A stretch of DNA of 64,000 nucleotides, taken from assembly GCF_009914755.1 (NCBI RefSeq), contig NC_060925.1. The stretch is one strand, 5' to 3'. This document shows, piece by piece, positions 20,594 through 32,497 of this stretch. The translations under genes and the position numbers were made by a program. The DNA comes from the human T2T-CHM13v2.0 reference genome, Homo sapiens. The notes beneath the pieces are model-generated. The model worked only from the letters and a program-made list of their open reading frames with translations, had not been told where the DNA came from and made no database searches. Position 1 is the first letter of the stretch; each line of letters opens with the position of its first letter.

Positions 20594-21940
20594 TAAGAGG
20601 TGACAGCATGCTGCTAGCCTTCGCAGCCCTCGCTCGCTCTCAGTGCCTCCTCTGCCTGGGCTCCCACTTTGGCGGCACTTGAGGAGCCCTTCAGCCCACC
20701 GCTGCACTGTGGGAGCCCCTTTCTGGGCTGGCCAAGGCCGGAGCTGGCTCCCTCTGCTTGCAGGGAGGTGTGGAGGGAGAGGCGCGAGCGGGAATCGGGG
20801 CTGCGCGCGGCGCTTGTGGGCCAGCGTGAGTTCCAGGTGGGCATGGGCTTGGCGGGCCCCCAAACTCAGAGCGGCCAGCTGGCCCCACCTGCCCCAGGCA
20901 GTGAGGGGCTTAGCATCTGTGCCAGCAGCTGCTGTGCTCTACTTCTCTCCGGGCCTTAGCTGCCTCCCTGCGGGGCAGGGCTTGGGACCTGCAGCCCGCC
21001 ATGCCTGAGCCTCCCCCGCCTCCATGGTCTCCTGCGCGGCCCAAGCCTCCCTGACGAGCGCCGCCCCCTGCTCCACGGCACCCAGTCCCATCGACCACCC
21101 AAGGGCTGAGGAGTGCGGGCGCACGGCATGGGACTGGCAGGCAGCTCCACCTGCGGCCCCGGTGCGGGATCCACTGGGTGAAGCCAGCTGGGCTCCTGAC
21201 TCTGGTGGGGACCAGGAGAACCTTTATGTCTAGCTAAGGGATTGTAAATACACCAATCGGCACTCTGTATCTAGCTCAAGGTTTGTAAACACACCAATCA
21301 GCACCCTGTGTCTAGCTCAGGGTTTGTGAATGCACCAATCGACACTCTGTATCTAGCTACTCCAGTGGGGACGTGGAGAACCTTTGTGTCTAGCTCAGGG
21401 ATTGTAAACGCACCAATCAGTGCTCTGTCAAAACAGACCACTCAGCTCTCTGTAAAATGGACCAATCAGCAGGATGTGGGTGGGGCCAGATAGAATAAAA
21501 GCAGGCTGCCCCAGCCAGCAGTGGCAACCCACTTGGGTCCCCTTCCACACTGTGGAAGCTTTGTTCTTTCGCTCTTTGCAATAAGTCTTGCTGCTGCTCA
21601 CTCTTTGGGTCCACACTGCCTTTATGAGCTGTAACACTCACCGCAAAAGTCTGCAGCTTCACTCCTGAAGCCAGCAAGACCACGAACCCACCGGGAGGAA
21701 TGAACAACTCCCGATGCGCCGCCTTAAGAGCTGTAACACTCACCGCAAAGGTCCGCAGCTTCACTCCTGAGCCAGCGAGACCACGAACCCCACCAGAAGG
21801 AAGAAACTCCAAACACATCCAAACATCAGAAGGAACAAACTCCGGACACACCACCTTTAAGAACTGTAACACTCACCGTGAGGGTCCGCAGCTTCATTCT
21901 TGAAGTCAGTGAGACCAAGAACCCACCAATTCTGGACACA
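20594..21940 (+). promoter_or_regulatory. 5' LTR12 (1347 bp)
   Basis: GC-rich U3, ~40-bp CCAAT (NF-Y-type) repeats, AATAAA box near 21494, U5 repeats, ends ggacaca. Confidence 0.92.
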
Positions 21941-21943
21941 TTT

Positions 21944-21961
21944 TGGCGACCCAGATGGGAC
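21944..21961 (+). promoter_or_regulatory. HERV9 primer binding site, tRNA-Arg
   Basis: tggcgacccagatgggac is complementary to the recalled 3' end of a human tRNA-Arg(CCG). Confidence 0.82.
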
Positions 21962-23267
21962 TTTTGCTTATCGCCAAGCAGTGAGACTATCGCCGAGTGG
22001 TGACACCAACGCCTATCGCTGAGCGGTGAGACTGTCACCTATCGCCAAGCAGTGAGTACCATCGGACCCCTTTCGCTTGCTACTCTGTTGTATTTTTCCT
22101 TAGAATTCGGGGGCTAAATACTGGGCACCTGTCGGCCAGTTAAAAGCGACTAGTGTGGCTGCCAGACTAAAGACACTGGTGTCCGGCTTTCTGGGAAAGG
22201 GCTCTCTAACAACCCCCAACTCTTCGGAGTTGGGACCATTGGTTTGCCTAGAACCAGCTTCCGCTTTTCCTGTACTTCTGGGCTGAGCCGAGGGTCAACA
22301 GAGAGGAAAGCCGTGCAGCTCCCGGGTCCCAACAAGTTGGTTGACCCTGTGGCCATGAGCGGAACTCTCAAAGGCATGTCGCCCAAGCGAGACTCACCCA
22401 TCTATCCTATCTATCCTGACCCTTGCCTCCTGGGTCCTAATGCCTGCCAGACAAACTTCCTCTCACCTCTCTTCTCCGAGGTTAGTCCCACTTCTAAAAA
22501 TTGCTGCCTGTCTCTGGTGCTTTTCTAGTTTCTCCTGTAAGAATGATTTCTAGTATTAACTCCAAGACTCTGTTACCTTCTTTAGGCACCCGGGCTCACC
22601 AATCAGAAAGACATAATTTTTGCCCAAAGCCCCATCGTAGTGGGGACTACCTGGAATTTTAGGATCCCTTCTCAGACTAACAGGCCTAACAAAAGCTGTT
22701 CCTGAAGCTAGGATATGGGGAGCCTTAGAAATTGTATCCTTCCTATTCATATAAGTGAGGACAAAAGGTGTCACTCTTCCAACCCTGGAGATCCCTTCCC
22801 TCCCTCAGGGTATGGCCCTCCACTTCATTTTTGGGGCATAACATCTTTATAGGACAGGGGTATAGTCCCATTACTAACAGGAGAATGCTTAGGACTCTAA
22901 CAGGTTTTTGAGAATGCGTCGGTAAGAGCCACTAAATCCGATTTTTCTCGGTCGGTCCTCCTTGTGGTCTAGGAGGACAGGCAAGGGTGCAGGTTTTTGA
23001 GAATTCATCAGTAAGGGCCACTAAATCCAACCTTCCTCGGTCCTCCATGTGGTCTGGGAGGAAAACTAGTGTTTCTGCTGCTGCGTCAGTGAGCGCAACT
23101 ATTCTGATCAGCAGGGTCCAGGGACCGTTGCGGGTTCTTGGGCAGGGGTTGTTTCTGCTGCTGCATCAGTGAGTGCAGCTATTCCGATCAGCAGGGTCCA
23201 GGGACCGTTGTGGGTTCTTGGGCAGGGGGAGAAACAAACCAAAACCGCAGGCGGTTTTGTCTTTCAG

Positions 23268-24706
23268 ATGGGAAACACTCAGGCATCAGCAGGCTCACCC
23301 TTGAAATGCATCCTAAGCCACTGGGACCAATTTGACCCAAAAACCCTGAAAAAGAGGTGGCTCATTTTTTTCTGCACTACGGCTTGGCCCCAATATTCTC
23401 CTTCTGATGGGGAAAAATGGCCACCTGAGGGAAGTACAAATTACAATACTACCCTGCAGCTTGACCTTTTCTGTAAGAGGGAAGGCAAATGGAGTGAAAT
23501 ACCTTATGTCCGAGCTTTCTTTTCATTGAGGGAGAATACACAACTATGGAAAGCTTACAATTTACATCCCACAGGAGGACCTCAGCTTGCCCCCATATCC
23601 TAGCCTCCCTATAGCTCCCCTTCCTATTAATGATAATCCTCCTCTAATCTCCCCTGCCCAGAAGGAAATAAGCAAAGAAATCTCCAAAGGTCCACAAAAG
23701 CCCCCGGGCTATCGGTTATGTCCCCTTCAAGCTGTAGGGTGAGAGGAATTTGGCCCAACCCGGGTACATGTCCCCTTCTCCCTCTGTGATTTAAAGCCAA
23801 TCAAGGCAGACCTGGGGAAGTTTTCAGATGATCCTGATAGGTACATAGATGTCCTACAGGGTCCAGGGCAAACCTTTGACCTCACTTGGAGAGATGTCAT
23901 GCTACTGTTAGATCAAACCCTGGCCTTTAATGAAAAAGAATGTGGCTTTAGCTGCAGCCTGAGAGTTTGGAGATACCTGGTATCTTAGTCAAGTAAATGA
24001 TAGAATGACAGCTGAAGAAAGGGACAAATTCCCTACCGGTCAGCAAGCCATCCCCAGTATGGATCCCCACTGGGACCTTGACTCAGATCATGGGGGCTGG
24101 AGTCATAAACATATGTTGACCTGTGTTCTAGAAGGACTAAGGAGAATTAGAGAAAAGCCCATGAATTATTCAGTGATGTCCACCATATCTCAGGGAAAGG
24201 AAGAAAATCCTTCTGCCTTCCTCGAGCGGCTACGGGAGGCCTTAAGAAAATATACTCCCCTGTCACCCAAATCACTCGAGGGTCAATTGATTCTAAAAGA
24301 TAAGTTTATTACCCAGTCAGCTGCAGGCATCAGGAGAAAGCTCCAAAAGCAAGCCCTGGGCCCTGGACAAAATCTAGAGACATTTTTAAACCTGGCAACC
24401 TCGGTGTTCTATAATACGGACCAAGAGGAACAGGCCCAAAAGGAAAAGCAAGATCAGAGAAAGGCCGCAGCCTTAGTCATTGCCCTCGGACAGACAAACC
24501 TTGGTGGTTCAGAGAGGACAGAAAATGGAGCAGGCCAATCACCTGGTAGGGCTTGTTATCAGTGTGGTTTACTAGGACACTTTAAAAAAGATTGTCCAAT
24601 GAGAAACAAGCTGCCCCCTCATCCATGTCCACTATGCCGAGGCAATCACTGGAAGGTGCACTGCCTCAGAGGACAAAGGTTCCCTGGGTCAGAAGCCCCC
24701 AACTAG
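23268..24706 (+). pseudogene. HERV9 gag, disrupted
   Basis: MGNTQAS myristoylation start, MHR QGKEENPSAFLERL, zinc knuckles CYQCGLLGHFKKDC and CPLCRGNHWKVHC; stops and frameshifts. Confidence 0.92.
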
Positions 24707-24726
24707 ATGATCCAACAACAGGACTG

Positions 24727-26930
24727 AGGGTGCCCGGGGCAAGCGCCGGCTCATGTCATCACCCTCAGTGAGCCCCAGGTATGTTTAACTATTGAGGGCC
24801 AGGAAATTGACTTCCTCCTGGACACTGGCACGGACTTCTCAGTGTTAATCTACTGTCCTGGATGACTGTTCTCAAGGTCCATTACCATCTGAGGAATCCC
24901 AGGACAGCCTGTAACCAGGTATTTCTCCCACCTCCTCAGTTGTACTTGGGAGACTTTGTTTTTTTCACTTGCCTTTCTTGTTATGCCTGAAAGTCGCACA
25001 CCCTTATTAGGGAGGGATATATTAGCCAAGGCTGGAGCTATTATCTACATGAATATGGGGAACAAGGTACCCATTTGTTGTCCCCTACTTGAGGAGGGAA
25101 TCAACCCTGAAGTCTGGGCATTGGAAGGACAATTTGGAAGGGCAAAAAATGCCCTCCCAGTCCAAATCAGGTTAAAAGATCCCACCACTTATTCCTTATC
25201 AAAGGCAATATCCCTTAAGGCCTGAAGCTCATAAAGGATTAAAGAATATTGTTAAACATTTGAAAGCTCAAGGCCTAGTAAGGAAATGCAGCAGTTCCTG
25301 CAACACCCCAATTCTAGGAGTACAAAAACCGAATGGTCAGTGGGGAGTAGTGCAAGATCTTAGACTCATTAATGAGGCAGTAATTCCTCTATATCCAGTT
25401 GTACCCAACCCCTATACCCTGCTCCCTCAAATACCAGAGGAAGCAGAATGGTTCATAGTTCTGGACCTCAAGGATGCCATCTTCTGTATTCCCCTGCACT
25501 CTGACTCCCAGTTTCTCTTTGCCTTTGAGGATCCCACAGACCACACTCCCCAACTTATGTGGACGGTCTTGCCCCAAGGGTTTAGGGATAGCCCTCATCT
25601 GTTTGGTTAGGCACTGGCCCAAGATCTAGGCCACTTCTCAAGTCCAGGCACTCTGGTCCTTCAATATGTGGATGATTTACTTTTGGCTACCTGTTCAGAA
25701 GCCTCGTGCCAGCAGGTTACTCCAGATCTCTTGAACTTTCTAGCTCATCAAGGGTACAAGGTGTCTAGGTCGAAGGCCCAGCTTTGCCTACAGCAGGTCA
25801 AATATCTAGGCCTAATCTTAGCCAGAGGGACCAGGGCCCTCAGCAAGGAACGAATACAGCCTATACTGGCTCATCCTCGCCCTAAGACATTAAAACAGTT
25901 GCGGGGGTTCCTTGGAATTACTGGCTTTTGCTGACTATGGATCCCCAGATACAGAGAGATAGCCAGGCCCCTCTATACTCTAATTAAGGAAACCCAGAGG
26001 GCAAATACTCATCTAGTAGAATGGGAACCAGAGGCAGAAACAGCCTTCAAAACCTTAAAGCAGGCCCTAGTACAAGCTCCAGCTTTAAGCCTTCCCACAG
26101 GACAAAACTTCTCTTTATACATCACAGAGAGAGCCAGGATAGCCCCTGGAGTCCTTACTGAGACTCGTGGGACAACCCCACAACCAATGGCGTACCTAAG
26201 TAAGGAAATTGATATAGTAGAAAAAGGCTGGCCTCACTGTTTAAGGGTAGTTGCAGCAATGGCCGTCTTAGTTTCAGAGGCTATCAAAATAATACAAGGA
26301 AAGGATCTCACTGTCTGGACTACTCATGATGTAAATGGCATACTAGGTGCCAAAGGAAGTTTATGGCTATCAGACAACCGCCTACTTAGATACCAGGTGC
26401 TACTCCTCGAGGGACCGGTGCTTCAAATACACACGTGCATGGCCCTCAACCCTGCCACTTTTCTCCCAGAGGATGGGGAACCAATCGAGCATGACTGCCA
26501 ACAAATTATAGTCCAGACTTACGCCACCCGAGATGATCTCTTAGAAGTCCCCTTAAGTAATTCTGACCTTAACCTATATACCGATGGAAGTTCATTTGTG
26601 GAGAATGGGATACAAAGGGCAGGTTATGCCATAGTTAGTGATGTAACCATACTTGAAAGTAAGCCTCTTCCCCAGGGACCAGTGCCCAGTTAGCGGAACT
26701 AGTGGCACTTACCCGAGCCTTAGAACTGGGAAAGGGAAAAAGAATAAATGTGTATACAGATAGCAAGTATTCTTATCTAATCCTACATGCCCATGCTGCA
26801 ATATGGAAAGAGAGGGAGTTCCTAACCTCTGGGGGAACCCCCATTAAATACCACAAGGAAATTATAGAGTTATTGCACGCAATGCAAAAACCCAAAGAGG
26901 TGGGAGTCTTATACTGCCAAAGCCATCAAA
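24727..26930 (+). pseudogene. HERV9 pro-pol (protease, RT, RNase H), integrase absent
   Basis: FLLDTG protease motif near 24812, LPQGFRDSP, YVDDLL, YTDGS; multiple stops. Confidence 0.92.
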
Positions 26931-26939
26931 ATGGGAAGG

Positions 26940-27182
26940 AGAGGGGAGAACAGCAGCATAAGCAGCTGGCAGAGGCAGAAAGGAAAGAGAGAAAGAGACA
27001 GGAAGTCAAAGAGACAGAGAAAGAGACAGAGAGAGGAAGAAACAGAGAGTCAAAGAGAAAGAGACAAAGAGAAGGAGTCAGAGAGAAAGAGGGACAGACA
27101 CAGAAAGTCAGAGAGTCAGAAAGAGAGGAAGAGACAAAGAAGAAGTCAAAGAGAAAGAGAGATGGAAGTAGTAAGGAAAAAA
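26940..27182 (+). repeat. AG-rich low-complexity tract inside HERV9
   Basis: Near-pure purine run of gagaca/gagaaa units. Confidence 0.88.
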
Positions 27183-27217
27183 CAGTGTATCCCATTCCTT
27201 TAAAAGCCAGAGTAAAT

Positions 27218-27946
27218 TTCTGTCTACCCAGCCAAGGCATGTTTTTCTTAGGTGGAACATCAACCTATATCTGCCTCCCCACTAACTGGACGGGCACCTG
27301 CACCTTAGTCTTTCTAAGTCCCAACATTAACATTGCCCCAGGAAATCAGACCTTATCAGTACCCCTCAAAGCTCAAGTCCATCAGTGCAGAGCCATACAA
27401 CTAATACCCCTACTTATAGGGTTAGGAATGGCTACTGCTACAGGAACCAGAATAGCCGGTTTATCTACTTCATTATCCTACTACCACACTCTCTCAAAGG
27501 ATTTCTCAGACAGTTTGCAAGAAATAACGAAATCTGTTCTTACTTTACAATCCCAAATAGACTATTTGGCAGCAGTGACTCTCCAAAACTGCCAAGGCCT
27601 AGACCTCCTCACTGCTGAGAAAGGAGGACTCTGCACCTTCTTGGGGGAAGAGTGCTGTTTGTACACTAACCAGTTGGGGATAGTACAAGATGCCGCCCAG
27701 CGTTTACAGGAAAAGACTTCTGAAATCAGACAATGCCTTTCAAACTCTTACACCAACCTCTGGAGTTGGGCAACATGGCTTCTCCCCTTTCTAGGTCCCG
27801 TGACAGCCATCTTGCTGTTATTTGCGTTTGGACCCTGTATTTTTAACCCGGTTGTCAAATTTGTTTCCTCTAGAATCAAGGCCATCAAGCGACAGATGTT
27901 CTTACAAATGGAACACCAATTGAGTTCAACTTACAACTTCTACTGA
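27218..27946 (+). pseudogene. HERV9 env remnant (end of SU plus TM)
   Basis: Fusion peptide AIQLIPLLIGLG, ISD LQNCQGLDLLTAEKGGL, CX6CC (CTFLGEECC), TM helix; degenerate furin site HQCR. Confidence 0.9.
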
Positions 27947-28114
27947 GGACCCCTGGACCGACGTGCTGGCACTTCCCCTGGCCTAGAGAGTTCCCCTCTG
28001 AAAGACACTACAACTGCAGGGCCCCTTCTTTGCCCCTATCCAGCAGGAAGTAGCTAGAGCGGTCATCAGCCAAATTCCCAACAGCAGTTGGGGTGTCCTG
28101 TTTAGAGGGGGGAT

Positions 28115-29621
28115 TGAGAGGTGACAGCGTGCTGGCAGCCCTCGCAACCCTCGCTTGCTCTTGGTGCCTCCTCTGCCTGGCTCCCACTTTGGCAGCACTT
28201 GAGGAGCTCTTCAGCCCACCGCTGCACTGTGGGAGCCCCTTTCTGGGCTGGCCAAGGCTGGAGCTGGCTCCCTCAGCTTGCAGGGAGGTGTGGAGGGAGA
28301 GGCATGGGCGGGAACCAGGGCTGCGCATGGCGCTTGCTGGCCAGTGAGAGTTCCGGGTGGGCGTGGGCTCGGCGGGTCCCCGCACTCAGAGCAGCCAGCT
28401 GGCCCCGCCTGCCCCGGGCAGTGAGGGGCTTAGCACCTGTGCCAGCAGCTGCTGTGCTCTACTTCTCGCCGGGCCTTAGCTGCCTCCCCGTGGGGCAGGG
28501 CTTGGGACCTGCAGCCCACCATGCCTGAGCCTCCCTCGCCTCTGTGGGCTTCTGTGTGGCCCGAGCCCCCCCGACGAGCACCACCCTCTGCTCCATGGCG
28601 CCCAGTCCCATCGACCACCCAAGGGCTGAGGAGTGCGGTTACACAGCGTGGGACTGACAGGCAGCTCCACCTGCGGCCCTGGTGCAGGATCCACTGGGTG
28701 AAGCCAGCTGGGCTCCTGACTCTGGTGGGGAGTTGGAGAACCTTTATGTCTAGCTAAGGGATTGTAAATACACCAATAGGCACTCTGTATCTAGCTCAAG
28801 GTTTGTAAACACACCAATCAGCACCCTGTGTCTAGCTCAGGGTTTGTGAATGTAACAATTGACACTATGTATCCAGCTACTCTGGTGGGGACTTGGAGAA
28901 CCTTTGTATCTAGCTAGGGGATTGTAAATACACCAATCGGCATTCTGTATCTAGCTCAAGGTTTGTAAACACACCAATCAGCACCCTGTGTCTAGCTCAG
29001 GGTTTGTGAATACACCAATTGACACTGTGTATCTAGCTACTCTAGTGGGGACGTGGAGAACCTTTGTGTCTAGCTCAGGGATTGTAAACGCACCAATCAG
29101 TGCCCTGTCAAAACAGACCACTCGGCTCTCTGTAAAATGGACCAATCAGCAGGATGTGGGTGGGGCCAGATAAGAGAATAAAAGCAGGCTGCCCCAGCCA
29201 GCAGTGGCAACCCGCTTGGGTCCCCTTCCACACTGTGGAAGCTTTGTTCTTTTGCTCTTTGCAGTAAGTCTTGCTGCTGCTCACTCTTTGGGTCCACACT
29301 GCCTTTATGAGCTGTAACACTCACGGCGAAGGTCTGCAGCTTTACTCCTGAAGCCAGCAAGACCACAAACCCACCGGGAGGAACAAACACCTCCAGATGC
29401 ACTGCCTTAAGAGCTGTAACACTCACCGCAAAGGTCCGCAGCTTCACTCCTGAGCCAGCGAGACCATGAACCCCACCAGAAGGAAGAAACTCCAAACACA
29501 TCCAAACATCAGAAGGAACAAACTCTGGACACGCTGCCTTTAAGAACTGTAACACTCACCGCGAGGGTCTGCGGCTTCATTCTTGAAGTCAGTGAGACCA
29601 AGAACCCACCAACCAGACACA
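28115..29621 (+). promoter_or_regulatory. 3' LTR12 (1507 bp)
   Basis: PPT agaggggggat then tgagaggtgacagc...agacaca; extra 160-bp enhancer block relative to the 5' LTR. Confidence 0.93.
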
Positions 29622-30465
29622 TTAGGACCCCTCGGATAGTGACAGATCTGGAGGACGGTTGTCTGGGACAGGAGAGTAAGACTGAGAAGGCCACGTCAAT
29701 GTCCAGGAGACAGTTAATCTCCTGGCCCTCAATGATCAAGCATACCTGGGGCTCTGTGAGGGTGATGGCATGGGCTGGCACTTGCCCTGGGCACCCTCAG
29801 TCCTGCTGCTGGATCATCGGGTTAGTGGCTTCTGACTCAGAGGACCTTTGTCCCCTGGGGCAGCGGCCTTCCATTGAGTCCCTTGACATAAGGGGCACGG
29901 ATGAGGAGGCGGCTTACTTCTATTCTGACAATCTTTTTAAAAGTGTCCTTGTAGACCACACTGGAAGCAAGTCCTATTAGGCATTCAATTTGCCCAGACT
30001 TTCCGTGTTCCAAAGCCTCCAATGTCTGCTTGCCTAAGGGCCATGACTAAAGCGGTGGCCTTTTTCTTATCTCATTTGTCCCCTTCCTCCTGCTCCTCCT
30101 GATCTCTATTATAAAAAACCGAGGTTGTGAAATCAATAGGGTTCCTAAGTTTTGCTCCGGGCCTAAGGTGGACTTTTGATGTTTTTTCTAATGTCTGCAG
30201 CTAACTGAGTGATAAACTTATCCTTTAAGATTAGTTGGCCTTCAATAGAGTCCGGTGACAGAGTGGTATGCTTCCTCAATGCCTCCCTTAGTCTCTCCAG
30301 AAAGGCAGTAGGATTTTCTTCCTTTCCCTGTGTGATAGTGGACACCATTGAATAATGTATAGGCTTCTTCCTACTTTTCCTTAGTCCTTCTAGCATGCAA
30401 GTTAGTAAATGTCTGTGGCACCAATCTCCATGTATTCTGCGTCCCAGTGAGGGTCTACACTGGGC
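29622..30465 (-). pseudogene. HERV-W gag 3' half and pro start
   Basis: QGKEENPTAFLERLREALRK (ORF 30163-30543); INCLLDID degenerate protease site (ORF 29509-29781). Confidence 0.88.
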
Positions 30466-32016
30466 TTTTTGATTCTGTAAGTACTTTAAGGGTTGGCCGA
30501 GTGCAAACAGCTCCCATGTTTGAGCAGACCAATTATTAGGCAATTTTCCTAACTCTGCTTCCGCAAGAGTCTCCCTATCAATTACTGCATACCCATTGTG
30601 TTTTTTTTTTTTCCCTCAGTCACCCGGGAGGAACCATCTATCATCCTGCCTTGAAGGTAGTTTCTGCTGGATCTGGTCAGACCTTTGTATGGTAATGAGG
30701 ATTTAAATCCCCTGTTAGGAAATCTGCTAGGTTAATGTAATTTGCTGTGGTTAATGTTAAATCACCTTTTTCTAGCAGAATAGCCCCATACTTTAAGATT
30801 TTTGAGTTAGTAAGCTCCCTTTTTGCTTTTTGACTTAGGATAGTTCTGAACTGGTGAGGTGTGCTCACAATGAGGTTTCCTCTAAAGGTTATTTTTCTGC
30901 TTTCTTCTGTTAGCAAAGCAGTTGCTGCTACAGATTGAATGCATTTGGGCCATCCACGGGTTCCTGGGTTAAGGATTTTTGATAGAAAGGCTACTGGTTG
31001 TCAGTGGCTTCAGTGCTTTCGGGCTAGGCCTTTGTTTACACTGACAACAAAATGGTATTGGAGTGTTATGGGGTCACAGAGAAGACCTTCAATTATCAAT
31101 TATAGGTTTTAAATTTACCCTGGCTTTTAAAGAAATAGGGTACACTTTTTTCTTTACTACTTCTATCTTTCTCTTTCTCTCTTTCTTTCTCCTTTCTGTC
31201 TTTGTAGATGGATTTTGGAAACCCAGTGGAAGGATGTTCGCTCATTGCCCCCATTTGCCACTATAGGACTATGCGCCTCCCTTTTATTTACTCAATTTGC
31301 TTTTATCCTGATCTATTATGTTGTTGTAGACCCAGTTCCAGTTGTTACAATACTGGGTTATCAGTTCTAAGGCCCTGGCAAGGGTGGTGTGGAACAGGTC
31401 CCACATAACTGCCCATGTCGAGAGCTCTAAGCCTAAATTGGGAGGGACACCAGGGACAAGACTCCTGGGTTCATAGCCTAGGGGCCTAAGGTCGCAGCAT
31501 AGAGCTTCCTTAGATCCCTTTGGAGATACTAATACTTGGGAGAGGAAGTGAAAGTCTGAAGCATTAGTATCTAGGAGGCAGGGATCAGAGGAAGTAGATT
31601 CAGAGGTAAGGAGAATTTTGGGGCTACACTTTCAAGAAAGTTGTGGTCAGGACCCAGGAGGTATGGGTCAGAAGGAAAGGTAGAGGCACACGCACGGGTG
31701 ACTGTTGAGTAGGGACTTCTGGCTGCGCCATGATCTCAACCGGCTAATGCCGAGAGTTTGGGATGACAGCTTTCTGCCTCTAGTCGGCCCCCGGCTTCCC
31801 CAGGGAAATTGAAAGTGGAAGCTGGTTCCAGGTAGACCAGCGCTTCCAACCCAGAAGCGTTGGGGGTTGTTAGAAAGCCATTCCCCAGACAGCCTCACAC
31901 TTGAGTCTTAAGTCTGGTGGCCGCCCTATCGTTTTTAACCGTCCGACAGGTGCCTGGTATTTTCCTCCAATTCTAAGGAAGGGTAGAACAGAATAGCAAG
32001 CGAAAGCGCTTTGGAG
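30466..32016 (-). mobile_element. HERV-W leader and pre-gag region with a pol-like fragment
   Basis: ORF 30677-30916 resembles an RT connection domain (ILKYGAILLEK); AG-rich stretch 31145-31200. Confidence 0.75.
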
Positions 32017-32034
32017 GTCCCTTCATGATTGCCA
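32017..32034 (-). promoter_or_regulatory. HERV-W primer binding site, degenerate and Arg-like
   Basis: Sense tggcaatcatgaagggac, 3 nt after the LTR end. Confidence 0.7.
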
Positions 32035-32037
32035 AAA

Positions 32038-32497
32038 TGTTACCAGGGAGTCCTTGTTCTTAGAGCTCCAAAGATGATGGTGGGCCGCTTCCATGATGGC
32101 GGCAAGCCTCTTGTTCTCTGACCTGGGGTTCCTGGCCTCACGGATACTAAGGAATGGAATCTTGGGCCATGCATTGAGTGTTATAGCTCTATTCAGCCCA
32201 ATTAGGATGAACCCCAGGCACTTAGCCCGCGCAGGAACAATGGCAAGCCTCTAGCCCGATTGGGAGCAGCAATGGACACTGCCTCGCTGGATCACAAGTG
32301 CAGCAGATCCACCCCTGCCAGATCCAGAGGGTTGGAAGTCAGCTGCGGGTCTGCAATGACGGCAAACAGTGGTGGACGGCGAGTGAAAGCTCAGCTCGAG
32401 CCATAAAAAACACAGACCAGAAGAGTGTGCAGTTGCAAGATTTAATAGAGTGAAAACAGAGCTCCCATAAAATGGGAGGGGACACAAAGGGGGTTGC
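32038..32497 (-). mobile_element. LTR17 R-U5 (5' LTR lacking U3)
   Basis: R sequence nearly identical to 17528-17598; ends ggtaaca. Confidence 0.92.

Larger units (their letters stand above)
20594..29621 (+). mobile_element. HERV9 provirus with two LTR12 (LTR12C-like) LTRs
   Basis: LTR-PBS-gag-pro-pol-env remnant-PPT-LTR; 4-bp TSD ctag (20590-20593) and ttag (29622-29625); HERV-W pro sequence resumes in register. Confidence 0.94.
17503..32497 (-). mobile_element. HERV-W (HERV17/LTR17) processed pseudogene, internally deleted and interrupted by HERV9
   Basis: 5' LTR is R-U5 only (32497-32038); 3' LTR is U3-R only (17852-17528), followed by an A-rich tail; ~16-bp TSD ccttcat(a/t)ctgttttt at 17487 and 32498. 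Confidence 0.92.

Noticed and set aside
21201-21420. Regular ~40-bp repeats superficially like a CRISPR array
   Set aside because: Known LTR12 enhancer repeats without unique spacers, in eukaryotic DNA.
20519-21903. Many overlapping ORFs in LTR12 (also 27983-29555)
   Set aside because: Expected from GC-rich, stop-poor LTR sequence.
23071-23228. 80-bp tandem duplication in the HERV9 leader
   Set aside because: Copies are diverged and probably a family-level feature rather than locus-specific.
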